Positions 41,845-55,912 of a stretch of 64,000 nt of DNA are shown here, piece after piece. The notes under the pieces are model-generated. The model worked only from the letters and a program-made list of their open reading frames with translations. It was not told the DNA's origin and did no database searches. How positions within the stretch are numbered: the first letter of the stretch is position 1; every line of letters starts with the position of its first letter. The DNA comes from Tubulanus polymorphus (Eukaryota > Animalia > Nemertea), in the NCBI RefSeq assembly GCF_964204645.1, contig NC_134027.1, positions 4,620,485-4,684,484 of the forward strand, in the 5' to 3' direction. The position numbers and the translations under genes are program-made.

Positions 41845-41871
41845 GTGTGTGTGTGTGTGTGTGTGTGTGTG
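41845..41871. repeat. (GT)13 microsatellite
   Basis: Perfect GT run. Confidence 0.95.
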
Positions 41872-44800
41872 AAGACGAATCCTCGCTGTGGACCTGTTCC
41901 TTCGTTCGATGCGTCCATACCTGCACTCACCCGGGTGTGGTGGATTCACATCGAAGTTAATTAACGGGTACGCGTAATTCTCTGTTACGGACAGGTGGTA
42001 GAACTTGGGCCCCTTGTGGATAACTCCATACATGATCGATAGTTACGATTTCGGATTCTTATCCTATATCCTGAAATAGGATCTGATGCAGTGTGGAGAT
42101 TTGGGTTGGCACTCCCAACATAGAAATGACAATGTGTATTTCATTCACTGAATTTAAGTTCCCAGAGGTCAGTTCCAGTAAATAACAAGTGACAAATTCA
42201 CGCGTAGGAAATTCCATTGCATGTAAGTTGTGTAAATTGTTGGCAAAATCAAAGTAACGATTTCAACTGAATGTTTAATTCAAGTGGATGCTCTTCACAA
42301 GGCTCTACATGATAACGTATTTAATTCGGGAGTTCATGTCAACAACACTATCCAGTGAACACCACTTGGCTAATGTAATTGCTGCAAGTATAACCACTTC
42401 ATGAATGTCTGACATAACTTCGGATCTGCGACTGTCAAAGTGGTGGACATGACATAAACTGGTGTCGACATAAGAGCGCGGCCTGTCTCTAATTCAATTT
42501 TGTCGAAATTTCGATTCACTTGCGATTTCAGAATGATGTTTCACCGATCGCTCCAGTTGGGACTCATATTTGAAATGTATTTACGCTTAATTAAGTGCAC
42601 ACAATTTTACTATTCTACCCGAATCAGCCATTACATCTTCATCATTTCTGATGATAAGATTGCTGATGAATCGATATATGCTGTGATCAATGTTGGTCAT
42701 ATGTATTCTTTGAAGAGAATGATTATGAAATATCAATATACTACTAGTACGAAACATTGATTCGTCGGGAAGTAATTGTTTCTAGAACAAGTGGATGAGA
42801 CACGGTTCATTATCATATAGGTGTATTCATTCATAAGTTCCACCACCGGCCTATTCATGTTTGTTACGTTATTTATGTGTTGTTCCGTATCATTGCGGAA
42901 GAAATGGAAACAGAATGTTTTCTCGAAATGTTATGCCATTTTTACCATCCAATGTTATTTCTGGAAAATTGACCTGATTGAGTTTGTTAACTTTTTTAAA
43001 GACCTCGACGTGACTTTTTGAAGGAAACGTTCGTCTTCGTATTTACAAATGTTTGTACTTCGTTTCTATGGTATTGTAGATTCACTTGCTACTGGTAATT
43101 GTTTACTGATCGATAACTTCTATTCATTAGATCAGTCCTAATTATCAACTCCTTTGTGTTAATTATATCAATCGCTGGTAGGTTGCGGTTCCCCTTGGTG
43201 TTCGCTAGATCAATCTGATTACGGTGTGTTGATCAACTTGGTGACAGACCAACACCCCGAGCTACAAAATGATTATACAATTCAATGTGAAGATGCACTA
43301 GTATTTTACCTCATATCTTACCCTACTATTTTGCCAACTTTTAAAAAATACATATAGATGTATATACAAAATAGACGCATGCTTAAGTCCAACGGAGGTT
43401 ATTAGCAATTATAGAAAATAACTGGGAATCATTAAACAGCTATTGAACTGGGAATCCTATGATAGGACATATCCTTGTATAAATGGGAAGTGCAGCTGGG
43501 AAGACCCCTCTCTACGTGCTTATCTTCGCAAGATCTTCCCAATTTTTCAAACTGATTTTATTTGTATTTCCAGGTTGTTTTGATAACAATCGAAGGAAAG
43601 AAAGACCACCAGAGATGAAGAATAACCACTGACACCTACACTAAGACAAGAATTTCACAAACTGCGCAACTTTGTGACAATTGATTTCGTTCACTCCTAC
43701 GTACACCCCAAAATGATATCAATGTATCAATAATAGTCATTGAATTTACCTAAATCCGATTAAGATGAACTTTTAGGATGGTTTAATGGTCAATAAAGGT
43801 CAATAAAGGTTGATGTTCATTTCAAAGCGACAGTCACTCCCAATATGAAGAAAAAATACAAATATGAAATTGACAATCCATATATACTATGTTCAAAGTA
43901 GTAGGACTATATGTTTTGAATTTGTCTTTTTGTGATTTGTTGAAATCTTTACACGTGATGTTCATATTGGTTTTGTTTATTTCATCTTGTTGTAAATCGT
44001 TGTTTGTTATGAATTATGAGCTCGTACTGCATCAGGGACATTCCATGTAAAACATAGGTGCTTTTTATTCTTGTATCCAGAATTGGAAAATCGGTGCTAA
44101 TGAATACAAAATAATCTAATAATGTGTAGTTGTATTGATATATAATGTATGATATCATTGTTACATATCCTTATTTCAATTGTATTAAAGTATTGAGAAA
44201 AAATGATAACCTTTAGGTTTGTTGATAGAGCAATATAAATCCTGAATTTCTGGTGGCAAGGCATTATTCTCTATTTTGCTTGCTACAGTATCCCTAGAGG
44301 AAAAGAAAGAGCTTTCATCGCCGACACCTATTTGGAAATTCGGCTCTGAAATATTTTCCGTACACATAAAACGAGATATCGAAAACGTCGTGGTTTCCAT
44401 GTGCTCGTTGAATAACGCGTATTTTATATTCAAAAAGAGATGAAGCCTCCACCTGTTCAAGTGACCAATTAAGTATCATCCTTTGATCTTTCTGTCTACC
44501 CAGATTTGACAATTCCCTTAAGTATAAATCATAAAGAAAACCGCGAAGGAGATAGTTTGGCGCCTTAATCGCCTACTGGTAAGAAAATTGAAGGGAGTCC
44601 ACCTACATTGTGCTCTTACAATAGGATTTTGCCGCTAACCAAGTTTTCTCTAATTCATCGCTTAAAACACAAATACGCAACCAGATTTAATATCGCCGTG
44701 AAATAACAAGGAAAGGCTGAATCGAGTGGTCAGGCTTTGCGGTCAGAGTCGGTGGCTATTGAACGAGTACAATAGGACTTGCACCTCTGTAATTAGGAGC

Positions 44801-47800
44801 AAGGTGCAAAGAATTAAATGATGACCAAATTGCGTCATTTGAAGTTTATTGCACGAATTAACAGACAATAGTTTACACCCTACAATACGCTACCCGCCAA
44901 CCTCACATCCTGTCCTCAGCTTGAGCCCCTATAGTTTAGGTATGAGGGTAATTTCACTTTACGCTACATTGCTGATCGTAAAAACCGCCGAAGGACGAGT
45001 TTTCTTCCTTTTAAGACATTGATATCTTACATATAGGCGGTATTATAACATAATATGTTCGCGCATGAAAGACTGGGGAGACTGGGCCAAAAACGACATT
45101 GCACCGACCTGACAGTGATGGAAGAAGCTGGTGTATTTAAATCAGTGACATTCTGCGAAATGATGGAGATAAAATTGCATTTGTATCTCTACCTCGTTTG
45201 CCGATTGTCCCGTCATTTGACATGATTCGATTTGAGACCCGGCGTGCACTTTGTAAATACAATCAAGGCGAATCACTTTTATTCAATTGTCCAAGTTACT
45301 GATATAAATGACTCAATTAAGGGGGCTACAGACGACAGGTTTTGTACAAACTGTCCAAATTGGATTTCCACCGGGCTCCGATTGAAACTTGTTTAGATCA
45401 AATCTTCTTCAAAGAGCTGTTCGCCTGCTGCCACTAGTGCCGCGAATAACGACCAGGTCACATTCAAGACGAGATAGTTTTATCTAATTTTCCAGTGCCA
45501 CGTACTGTGGTCGAATCGTATTATTTCACCGTCAGTAGCTACATTCCGCCAGCCACCAAACACAGCTGGCCGATCATCGAATTACCAGTTGAAATAGACT
45601 TTACCGAAAACTCAAGAACAAGATATAGATACCAACACTACATTATCGCACGGTCTACGCAACGGACTAAATCTTTAGTTAGGTTTTGATATCTTTTGGA
45701 TTTGACATAATAAAAGATTAACCGAGAGTCTATGATTCATGTGATGCAATGACCCATCTTTAACCCCTGTCACAAAACAGTGCAAAAGATTCTTCTTATT
45801 CTCAGAAACTACACCAGGAATTGTGATTGCATAAAAAGAATGCACACCGCCGTCTCAACCCGGCTATTGAATCTAGAAGTCGGTCATTTGACAACCTTAC
45901 AATAACAATCTTACGAGAACTAAAACATTTTTATAACAAAGTCGCTTTTATTGCATTAAATAGAATTTTGACCGAATTTTGTAATTGACCATGACCTATT
46001 ATGAGCAAATTCGCTAACCATAAATCGCTGAAGCATTCGGCTTTCATCGGAAAAATGATTCTAGAATGATAGAAGTCCCCTTCGGCCCTGGAATCTTTGA
46101 ATAAATTTGTCACCTCGCAATGAAATTAATTTACACTTTACAAACTGAATTAGCCAAACGTTGTACATTTTATCGCAATCAGCCTCACATGCGAACGTAA
46201 CGTGGTTTACAAGATTTCTCGTCGTTGTATCATATCTGAAACAACTATTTCGCCGTGATACAATCACTGGTGGGTCGATAACATTTACATAATCAAATGG
46301 TTTGTCAACGTTCTCCTAAATACCGCTCAGAAATGAAGCAATTTACATAATTATGATGTCGCAGTACGAAGGCATTAACAGGGATTTCTGCGGCGGCCGC
46401 AATCACGGCAAGTGTCATCCCGGCAAACGGTACAATTCTCGATTTGTTAGGATTCACGGAGATGGCTTTTCCGCGCGGTGTTGACAAAGTGAAATGTAAA
46501 TAAGTGAAATCCTAGGGATTTAGCGGTAAGCTAGACCTGCTGAACGCCAAGAGGCTGCCATCACTGGCTGTATTTGTGAAGCTCAACCGACGATTTATGG
46601 CACTGATGAAAATGCTCGACCAAAATGACTGAGAGTAATAGCTACAGACGAATTCGTCAACTGCAATAGATAGGTTCACAAAGTGTCAAAGAATGTCTTC
46701 CGATTCCCCAATAGAATATATGAATATTGTTTAGGAATATTCGAATGAATGTATTTCAAAAGTTTCAAGGTATCATCAAGTATATGTCATAACACCATTC
46801 AGTCTCATCCCAAACGGGACTCGAACCTATACACCCCTGCGGAACATGTTCACATCACAAGACTTTTGAAGCCTGTTTAAAATTTGGATCACAATAACTT
46901 GCTCAAATTGCTCATTTTTGTAGCATTTTGAAACTCGGTCTTGTTTTTTTTGTGGGGATCGCTCGATTCGAGCAAATGAACACTTGGAAATTTGAAATGA
47001 TCAACTGAAATCACCTGCCCAATCAGCCGAGCCCAATCGTGTGTTTAGATGAATGATATTCAAATATATCCCCGATGTTCCATTTGCGACAACAGTTTAA
47101 CGTACGACCAGGCTACATCTGTCACCTTCCGAACGTCCATAAATGAATAGGATGTTCGCATGCCAGAACACCCTTATATACTCAAATATAATAAGCCTAA
47201 TGCTGGAGGATGGGTGCATCGTATATTACCCACTGTCGGTGTATTGTTTGTTCTATATACCAGAATCCGGTCCTAAGCAGCTGAAATTTAAGCAATATCC
47301 AGCTCGTAAAATGACACGTTTTAATGAGGATCTATTGAAATCATTGGCCTACTCATATATACAATGATAAATGATGAGGGAATATGAGGCACACGTGTTC
47401 TGGTTCCAATGTGACACCTTTACGTGAACTCTTCCAAAACATTTTTTACCACATTATAGAGTCGATTAAGGTACCGTTAAAATGGTGTAATTTAGTATAT
47501 CGGTTGCGAGAGAACTCTCGCTTGGTGAATGCCAGCGTAAGATGGCAATGGTTGTGGGTTTGTAAATAAGTAAACCCAGGAAGCACCTAATTTACGACCA
47601 AACGTTACTAGTTGCCTCGTGACGTCATACGAAGTGGAGTGTCGAAATGTATGTTATTCGTAAATACACGAATCTTAATGTCTGATACATGATATGAATT
47701 AAACTTTTTGAATCAATGGTCTAAACATAAAGCAGATTGCCACTGCCGTCGTGGATTCAGATGTCAAAAGGTTTGTTGTTGTGCAGCGGAGAGACAGCAA

Positions 47801-50800
47801 ATCTGTGACGTTCGTTAATAATGACACGCTGATGTAATGGCGGTTTTACTTGATAGGGCCGTGAATGAGAACGCGGATCTGATATCGTGAATTATGGAAA
47901 TCACAAATGAATTGTGTGTAATAGGATCGTCAGCAGTCTGCCTGTCGGATAAAGCATTCACCTGCGAGCCATCATCTATAATGATTTGTCACCTATCCCC
48001 AACATCTCCCCAGAACCCGCACTTATCACAAACAACGTCTTCACCTGCCGGGCTGTCCCATCCATCGTCCGGGTTGCAATATTTATCCGGATGTCGAACC
48101 TGTATTTCTCGGCGGGCTACGAAAACTGCAAGTGACATAAAACACACGAATAATGGCGTGTAAGAAAGAACCGTTCCAAATCTAATTTCTTCAGTCAGCT
48201 TGAAACGTCATTTGATTTATCTAAATCCGATTCTATAAAATTGCATATCTGAGTTGAACTGAAACAAGAAACTGAAGTTGGTCAGATGGTTTATATGCCT
48301 GCGTTGAATTACGTTTTTCATTCATTTCGGTGACGATGAAGAAACTAATCAGTCTCAGTGTTTAACTTCACTGTTTTATTCGAATTTTAATGGCGTCGTA
48401 CCTGAATGCAGGATACGTGTACTCTCGCTCAGAGAAACTTCTCTTCCGGTTCCGGGCTGACGAGAAATTGCGAAGCCGTGTGTGTAAACCGGTGGCATTG
48501 TTTACCCTCGTGTCATCGTATTGTTTGAGTCGTGCGAGTCCTATCTCTCACATCTCGAGACGTCGCATCTTTTCGTTTCATTGTCACAACTAAAAGCCGG
48601 GCAGGTGAAAATTGAATGTGACGGAATGGCGACTATAGAAAAGTCGCGCGAACCAGATGCCATCGAACATATGGCGTTACTTCCTCAGATCATTGACCTC
48701 TGGTCAAACATGCTTATTATATCTACGCGATCTCCGCTGACCAGTAGATGTGCCCTATAGCATCTTTAGTTTATTGACAAAACAATAATGCACGTCTGTC
48801 TATTTAACAGAAGCTATTGTCAGTTTGGTAATCCGATCTACTTGTCATATATACAGGTGTAATCTGTGTCCTTTAAGCTGCTATTTCCTCTTATAAATTA
48901 GACCCTGTGGGCTACAGAAATTTCATTCCACGCTCATTATCATACTAGCTATACTTAATGTTCAGTCACCTTGATTTCCTGGATTAAGTCGTTTCGTATT
49001 AGAGTAAATGATTTGGCGCTAAAATTTGCCAATTGTCATTGGACTTAAATAAACAACGCATGCGATGTATCTTTCAACAGTATGTCACATCTGGCTGATA
49101 GTGACGTAACAGTGTCATGGCGTTACGATGAATGTTCCCTCTGCATCAACCATTGGTCCGTTTAAGAGTCCATATACTTTTTTGATGAATCCAGGAAATA
49201 ATGCCCAGTCTTTCGAGTCAGATGCATTTTACATGTTAGATATCGAATATCGGCGAAATCATATTAGCTTGCATGTTTAGGATTCCTCATATCTTGTATA
49301 TTTTAAATCCTAATACGAGTATCCTATTGCTCATTAGTAGCAGATCTCTTGTGAATGAGATATCACGTTAATCTAAACTGAATTGATAGTTCGTTCGCCT
49401 CAGTAATATTTACGTAACGCCGTTACGCTAGGCCAACGCCTGGTGACGTAATGCACGTGTGCGCGTAACGTTGGCCATCAGTGACCGTTGAAAGTTACAA
49501 ATCAGAGCAGCATCTGGAAACCAGAACTTTAGTCCAGGGTGACCATACACACATGTTTACGGTGTCATCTTATGCCACTTTCAAGAACGAACGATATATC
49601 CTTCAGGCCGGCTTTTAAGTCTAGCGATCATTATAGAAAACATATTGATGCTTTTTTGTGCGTTGCTCAATGATTTTCTTAGAAACATATTCATCTATTA
49701 GGACGCAATTTTTGATGTCATTAATAATAATCATGACTGGTGTGATGTTTTCCTCTTTATAAAGTATATGATGATAAATGTGTCTGGTAGCCAGCTATAG
49801 GAAACTTGTTTCTTTGCTGTCTAGATATGAACGAAGATCTAACAACGCGAATAGGTTCTCATTTTAGGAAGTACATTCTGGGATGAGTCGAGTGAGACAT
49901 ATTTTAAGGGTGTGTAAAAAATCTATAGTTTTCTAAAATCACCACACGGAATTGTGGTACGCGTTAATTTTCGGCTGGTATTTCTCTCTGGCATTTTACC
50001 TCTGACATTTTACTTATGGTATTTTCATGATGATATTTTCCTATGTTAGATTCATGATGCGAATAACGAGGAAATTAATTCATTCCTCGTAATTGCGAAT
50101 TTACAATAGGCTGTAACCTATAATTAACTATTTTAATCGCAGAAATTGAAATTTGCCGATTTATGTTAGTGACAGGTCCGGTGGTACTGCGGTTATTTCC
50201 TACTCGAAGGCAGGTGAAATTGAAACCCCGTCGTCATCTCATTAACTTCATTTATCCTACACCTACAGATAAGTAATTGGATCTATTTATGTCAGTACCT
50301 GTCTTTAGTTCGAGTTGCTTAAATTCCTGTATAGGTTTATACAAAGACCCAGAAACATATAAATGGGGAACCCAAAGTATTCGAATTCGTTCGTTCGTGT
50401 TCGATACAGCGAAGGAAATGATTTCTAATTTCGTATTTCCTTCATAGAAAGCAAACAAAATGAGGTAATTCGTTCTCGTTAGACTGCGCTGCACTGCAGC
50501 AGTACCGCAAGCCCCTTTCCGCGGTCGATGATGATTAAGATAAGACCGGACTAGGCATCAATTTGGTCCTTACAACTATGCCGATTAAGCTTTGGACTTG
50601 AGCCTGGTCGGTGAAACCTCGTACACCTTGCCCAGGCGCACCTTGCTCATTCGGCAAGTTAGTAACCAACCACCACGGGCTGAGATTTAAAAACAGCTAC
50701 CACAGCTAAAACAGCTACCACGATCAATCTCCCATGACCATACCCCAATGTGAATGTCTTTTTCAGAAATGGAGCAATTTATATTCGGCAAAAAATTTTT

Positions 50801-51876
50801 TTTCTTTCAAATTATAGACTGATGATGTTTATATTTGAATCAGTCTGACCGCGTGAAACCTACGGACAATTGAGGGCGTGTACCGATGAAAAAATCAGCC
50901 AGATTGTATTATACTCGTGTGCTAAAAATATACCACCCATGCATAGCAAACTTTACAACCTTTGTACATACTTTTGGGAGTTTTTTTTAAACATTACAAC
51001 GCATCGGTAGGTCATAAGTGATATGAGCCCGAAACTTGCCAGGAGGCTTTTTGTACTTTTCGAAACGCATCACTTGTCAAAAGTTTGTCGGAAGACGCTG
51101 CTATAGTTAGTTATATATTATTTTATTATAGTGCGGTTGAATAGACAGGTCTACAGGTATGCGGCATAGCGCGTGGTGCATTGTCAACCAGACAGATGCC
51201 ATGAATGGAGCCATAATCCAGCTCACAATAACCGGAGTACATTTCATTTCCGGAACCCGCTTTTTCCGTCTTACATGTAGTTTATACGATAATAGCAAAA
51301 AATCCCGAGGTCATTATATTTCTATATCGAAAGGTCATTTTTTTTTCATTCAACGGCTCTGCATAATTTCTAATCAACGATTGGACGATTTCAAACGGAC
51401 GAATTTATCGTTGAAATGATGGTGCAGACACATGCGCGCCAACGGTTCTAAATTGGCGGGAAACTATACACTCGGTCAACTGTCCAGTTCCTGCGGTATG
51501 CGTAATCGAATTTCGCCAACTCGACTCATTAGCATTGATGAAATCACCGTATTTCAAGGGGCTTGTCCTCGCAATTGATTGAATTTATAAATAATGTGAT
51601 TATAGCTACTTAATCAAAAGGTTAGACCAGTGATAATGATTGAGTTAACTTCATCACTTATTCAGACTCCTCTCAATGCTCAAGTTCCTGCCGATGATAT
51701 TTTGAATGTTGTAGAAATTGGACGTCCTCTCACTTTATCTTAGTCACTCATTTCCTCGACGGGTCCTGAAAGATTTTATCTGCTTGCGAAGAAAAAGATC
51801 TCCAAGATGGAAGGTTGTTGAATAAGAAAAAAAAAACACCGAGGTTTTGTGTTCATTTTAACCATATATTACAACT

Positions 51877-51882
51877 TTTATT
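51877..51882 (-). terminator. Candidate snail polyadenylation signal
   Basis: AATAAA on the minus strand ~550 nt after the stop codon, followed by a U-rich tract. Confidence 0.5.
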
Positions 51883-52427
51883 ATTGCAATTTTGATACGA
51901 GACTTATTCCAGATTTATAGAGACAAGAGATTATATACAGTTATAGCACCATTTAACATAAAACAGAACAAGTTTACAGACTTCAGTTGAATTCAATTGG
52001 TCATCGACATGGTTTTTTGATCCCTAGTGGTTTCATATATATCTATTATAAGTACATCGATATATTCACCAGAATACGATACACATAGACATAGTACGAT
52101 ATAAACTATACAAAAATACGATCGATTTCAGTATAACAAGTTAATGCATCAATGCGGAAATGTTCCGTTGTGGAATGCTATTTTTACACTGCAAAAAAAA
52201 GCAGATTTACTTTTTATACATACTGAAACTCTAATTCTTAGACCAATAAGCTTATTACATTTCATATATTCTTTCGCTAAGTATTCATGTATAAGCTATA
52301 ACCCTAGATATTTAGTTCATCGAGGTCCATAAACGTTGGTTCTACTTTGAGACAATTTTTATGCACATGTGTTCATCGGTCACGTGGACTGAATGAGTTC
52401 CCGCGCGCGCGCACGTATGAACAGGTT

Positions 52428-54674
52428 TTACACGGATATCGTGTGCTGTGACATCTGCATGCCCGCGCAGCCACCGTCTTCGTGTTTCAACAAAAGAGAC
52501 ATTCGCGAGAATGTTTTACTGCAACTTTTACAGCTATACTTTTTAATGTCAGAATGTGTTTGTAAATGAGCGCGTAGGTTTGATCTGTCTGCGAACGCAC
52601 GGCCGCAATGCGTGCACTGGAACGGTTTTTCGCCTGTGTGCGTGCGAATGTGTCCTTGTAACAACCACGGTCTACTGAACGCTTTTCCGCATAGCTTGCA
52701 TTTACACGGTAAAGTGTGAGTCCGGATGTGCATTTTCAGCGCACCCAAAGATACGTAGGTCTTCTCGCAGTATTTGCAGTTGAATTGTTTTTTCACTTGT
52801 GACAAACAGTGGAATTGTTTGTGTTTCGAAAGTCCGCTGAATGTTGAATAACTTTTATTACACGCCTCGCATTGGTATCGCGGAGCGTCTCCTTCTCTTT
52901 TGCGTTTTTTATCGTTCGTTTTTAAATCAGCGGTCAAAGATTCGACGCTGAACGGTAGTTTGCTAACGTCCTGGTCTGTGCGCGTAGCTTGTTTCGGCGG
53001 TGAGATACGAGTCATCGCCTGTTCGGTTAAACGAGGGTCCATATGATGATGGAACATGTGCTCAGGCGGCGGCGACAACTGCGGTGGTGAACGAGACATC
53101 GGTATCATCGGCGGTGGGGGTAGATACCCGTTCGGATAAGCGGGGAACGGATGAGGAGGGTAGCCGTGCCCAGATGGCGGTGATAGTCGCATTCTTTCTT
53201 GTATCGCGTGCATCTGTAACTGCTGTTGTAAGCGCAGGTTCAAAGCCATATACGGGTTAGTCAGATTAGCCGGCCAAAAGTGAGGATCGTGTAGTGGCGA
53301 GATCGGCTCCGGTGTCAATGGTTCGTATTGTTTGGTCGTTGGACAAATCTGTGGTTTTTCGAAGAATACAGGTTCTGGTCTGGCCAACATCGGCACCCTT
53401 ACAACGTGTTGATCAATTTGATGACGTACTTTGTTTTCTGTAAAGACAAAAATAAAGGAAATTTAAGAACACGATATTTAGATGCAGAAACAATTCTCCG
53501 TCTCAGCTCCAGGGGCCAATTATGGCATTTCAAGTGTAGTAATGTATCTCGCTCGAGTAATTAACAATGCTACGACAAATTGTTTAATCGCCATAAAACC
53601 AATCACTTCACCGTCGCAAACAATAAGACACTTATTGTCAGCATATGATATGAAATCGCTGTGGGGCATTCGCACCCGATACAGTAGAACTTATTGCACC
53701 TGTTTTAATCAGGCAATTACCGATAATTTGTAAGATTAGCATTAATTACTGATTTCCTGATTCTAACGAGGATATTCTCTACTGGAGATGAAATCATTTA
53801 CGTAGAATAATTCGCAAAATTACGATCGGTTTTCACCAAAAAATACCGAGCCTAGCACACGATATCTATAACACGCAAGCGCGCTCTTCTAATTTCGTGT
53901 TCGACAAATATCTCATTGACGCTTGCCAAAAGATTTTTCATTCAACCGGATATCCATCCCCTCAATTTTATTGAAGGCGATATACGAGTTTTTTTTCTTT
54001 TGAATCGGAAATACTGCGGGTCACGATGCAGGCGCTCTATTGTTCCGGGCGCATCTTTGAGGTACGCGAAAATAATACGCCATAAGTATCTGTCATATAT
54101 TAATACAATAATCATGTAAGGCGTGCTTTTTATTATCTGGTAAACACCACGATGCATGAGACGATCATAGTTAACACGCGTATCAATTTCCCTTTTTTCA
54201 ATTCGTTTAAGAGCCAAAAGATAAAGCTAGTATATTGATATTATTTTGTTTGATACAATAATGTTCACCTCTATTTCATCTATGATAATCATGTCTACGT
54301 TTAACTCAAAATATATAGATATTCCCCAAAAATAATTTCGCACCGAATATTTCGCGCTGGTCTCGGTGTTTTAAGTTCTTAAATTTTATATCAAAAAGGT
54401 TGCTCGACTTACCGGCAAGTACTTGTTGAGCGTGCGATTCCATCTTAATTTCAGTTGGCCGATGATGAATCGGTTCGACTTTGATGGGTTCTGGTCGAGT
54501 TATGACGGTACGTGCAGATTCGTTCTCTTTGCCGAGATCAATGTTCATACTTTGCTGAACTTGTTCCGCTATAACGACGTGTTCTTCGCCGCTGCTGTTG
54601 CTGCCGACTAAAATTGTCTCGACTTCTCCCTCTTTCTTCAAAAGTTTTTTCTTGATTAGAAACGATCGTGGCAT
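52428..54674 (-). CDS. snail: Snail-family zinc-finger transcriptional repressor, ~423 aa, 2 exons
   Basis: Exons 54674-54413 and 53437-52428 joined by a phase-1 GT-AG intron, 1272 nt. N-terminal [13 protein letters not shown]. Five fingers including [38 protein letters not shown] and [18 protein letters not shown]; the last finger is C2HC-type. The paralogue (snail1 or snail2) cannot be assigned. Confidence 0.97.
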
Positions 54675-54854
54675 CTTGCGTATATATCAGATAAAGTTCT
54701 AAAATCCTGGTTGAGTAACCAATAATATTCTCTGCGAGCTGAATGTCCGACTTAAAGTCGAAATAACATTTGAGTTGATAGTATTCCAATTTTCACGTGT
54801 TGATCGAAGTTGCTTCTATGACATTCCAGTAAACTGTGGCATACCTTTGCACTT

Positions 54855-55050
54855 CCAAGTGTTTTATCTGCACATTTCAATAGCCTCGTGTCAGGTGTAA
54901 GCGTCAAAGGGAAGCGCGTGTGGTTTAACCAATCAGCTCGCAGATGGCTACCGCTGTTATTCCATCGACCAATGATGAGTCGATGGCGTCGCTAGATGAA
55001 ATCCCGCCTCTATCTTTTCATCATCAACATGACGGGAACAGGTGTCGAGT
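54855..55050 (-). promoter_or_regulatory. Putative snail proximal promoter
   Basis: TATA-like GATAAAA (minus strand, ~54868-54862), CCAAT at 54929 and 54969, CAGGTG E-boxes at 54892 and 55039. Confidence 0.45.
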
Positions 55051-55865
55051 GCATCCCAAAACAGAGGTCCATCGAATCCACCGAAACCATCCACCGCGTA
55101 TGGAAAATAATGTGCGATACTTTGAAATCATTCGCAGAAATCTTAAAAAGTAAATTTCTTATTCGTAATTTATGAATGGCTCAACATTGAACCGTCTTCG
55201 CTATGACAATCATTGTTGGATGACTTGATCTTATAAATTTCATATTCACGTTTTGAGATCCTCTAAAGATTCAAATTTTGATTCCCGTAATACTTATTAT
55301 CATAAAAATGATTCGGTTCCGGCAGATGAAATGCTTTAGAAAACATAAGTCTTTAAATATCGCATTTAAATATGTGACACTTTCATTGGAACTATCGTCT
55401 TTTCTTGATCAATTGTGCAGGTGATAATTGCTTTCCGGATTTTGGTAATCATCATTAGAGACGCGGATTATATGCAATTTTTGCATCAACCCATTCACAA
55501 TTTCATCTTGACAAACTATACCATAGACTATAGAAGAGGAAGTCTCCTACGGTCTGAGATTAGACCTAGCACACCTTGCAAAAGTATCTAACACAAGAGC
55601 ATATTCGACTGAAACAATCGTATATTCGGTAAATAAAACCAGAATCATAAAGAAAGAAAGTGTGACGAATGATGTAGCAGAAATTCAGTCAGCCTTAATT
55701 ATGTTATCAAATATTCGTATTTTTCTAATTGAATCAAATCATCAAACTACAATGACCAGTGTGTGGAGTTATCAGACTTCAATCTGATTACCCCAAGGTA
55801 TACTAATGCATACATTTGCTAGTAAGGTTGGATGGCGACCGGCGCCTCAAATATGTGACGCCATT

Positions 55866-55912
55866 CCACCTGATGATGGCTGTTAGTCAAAACGTCAGCC
55901 GAAACGTTGTGG
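55866..55912 (+). ncRNA. Minimal type I hammerhead ribozyme motif (Penelope pLTR type)
   Basis: Stem I CCAC/GTGG, CTGATGA (55870-55876), stem II GGCTG/CAGCC, GAAA (55901-55904), ACGT palindrome. Confidence 0.7.
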
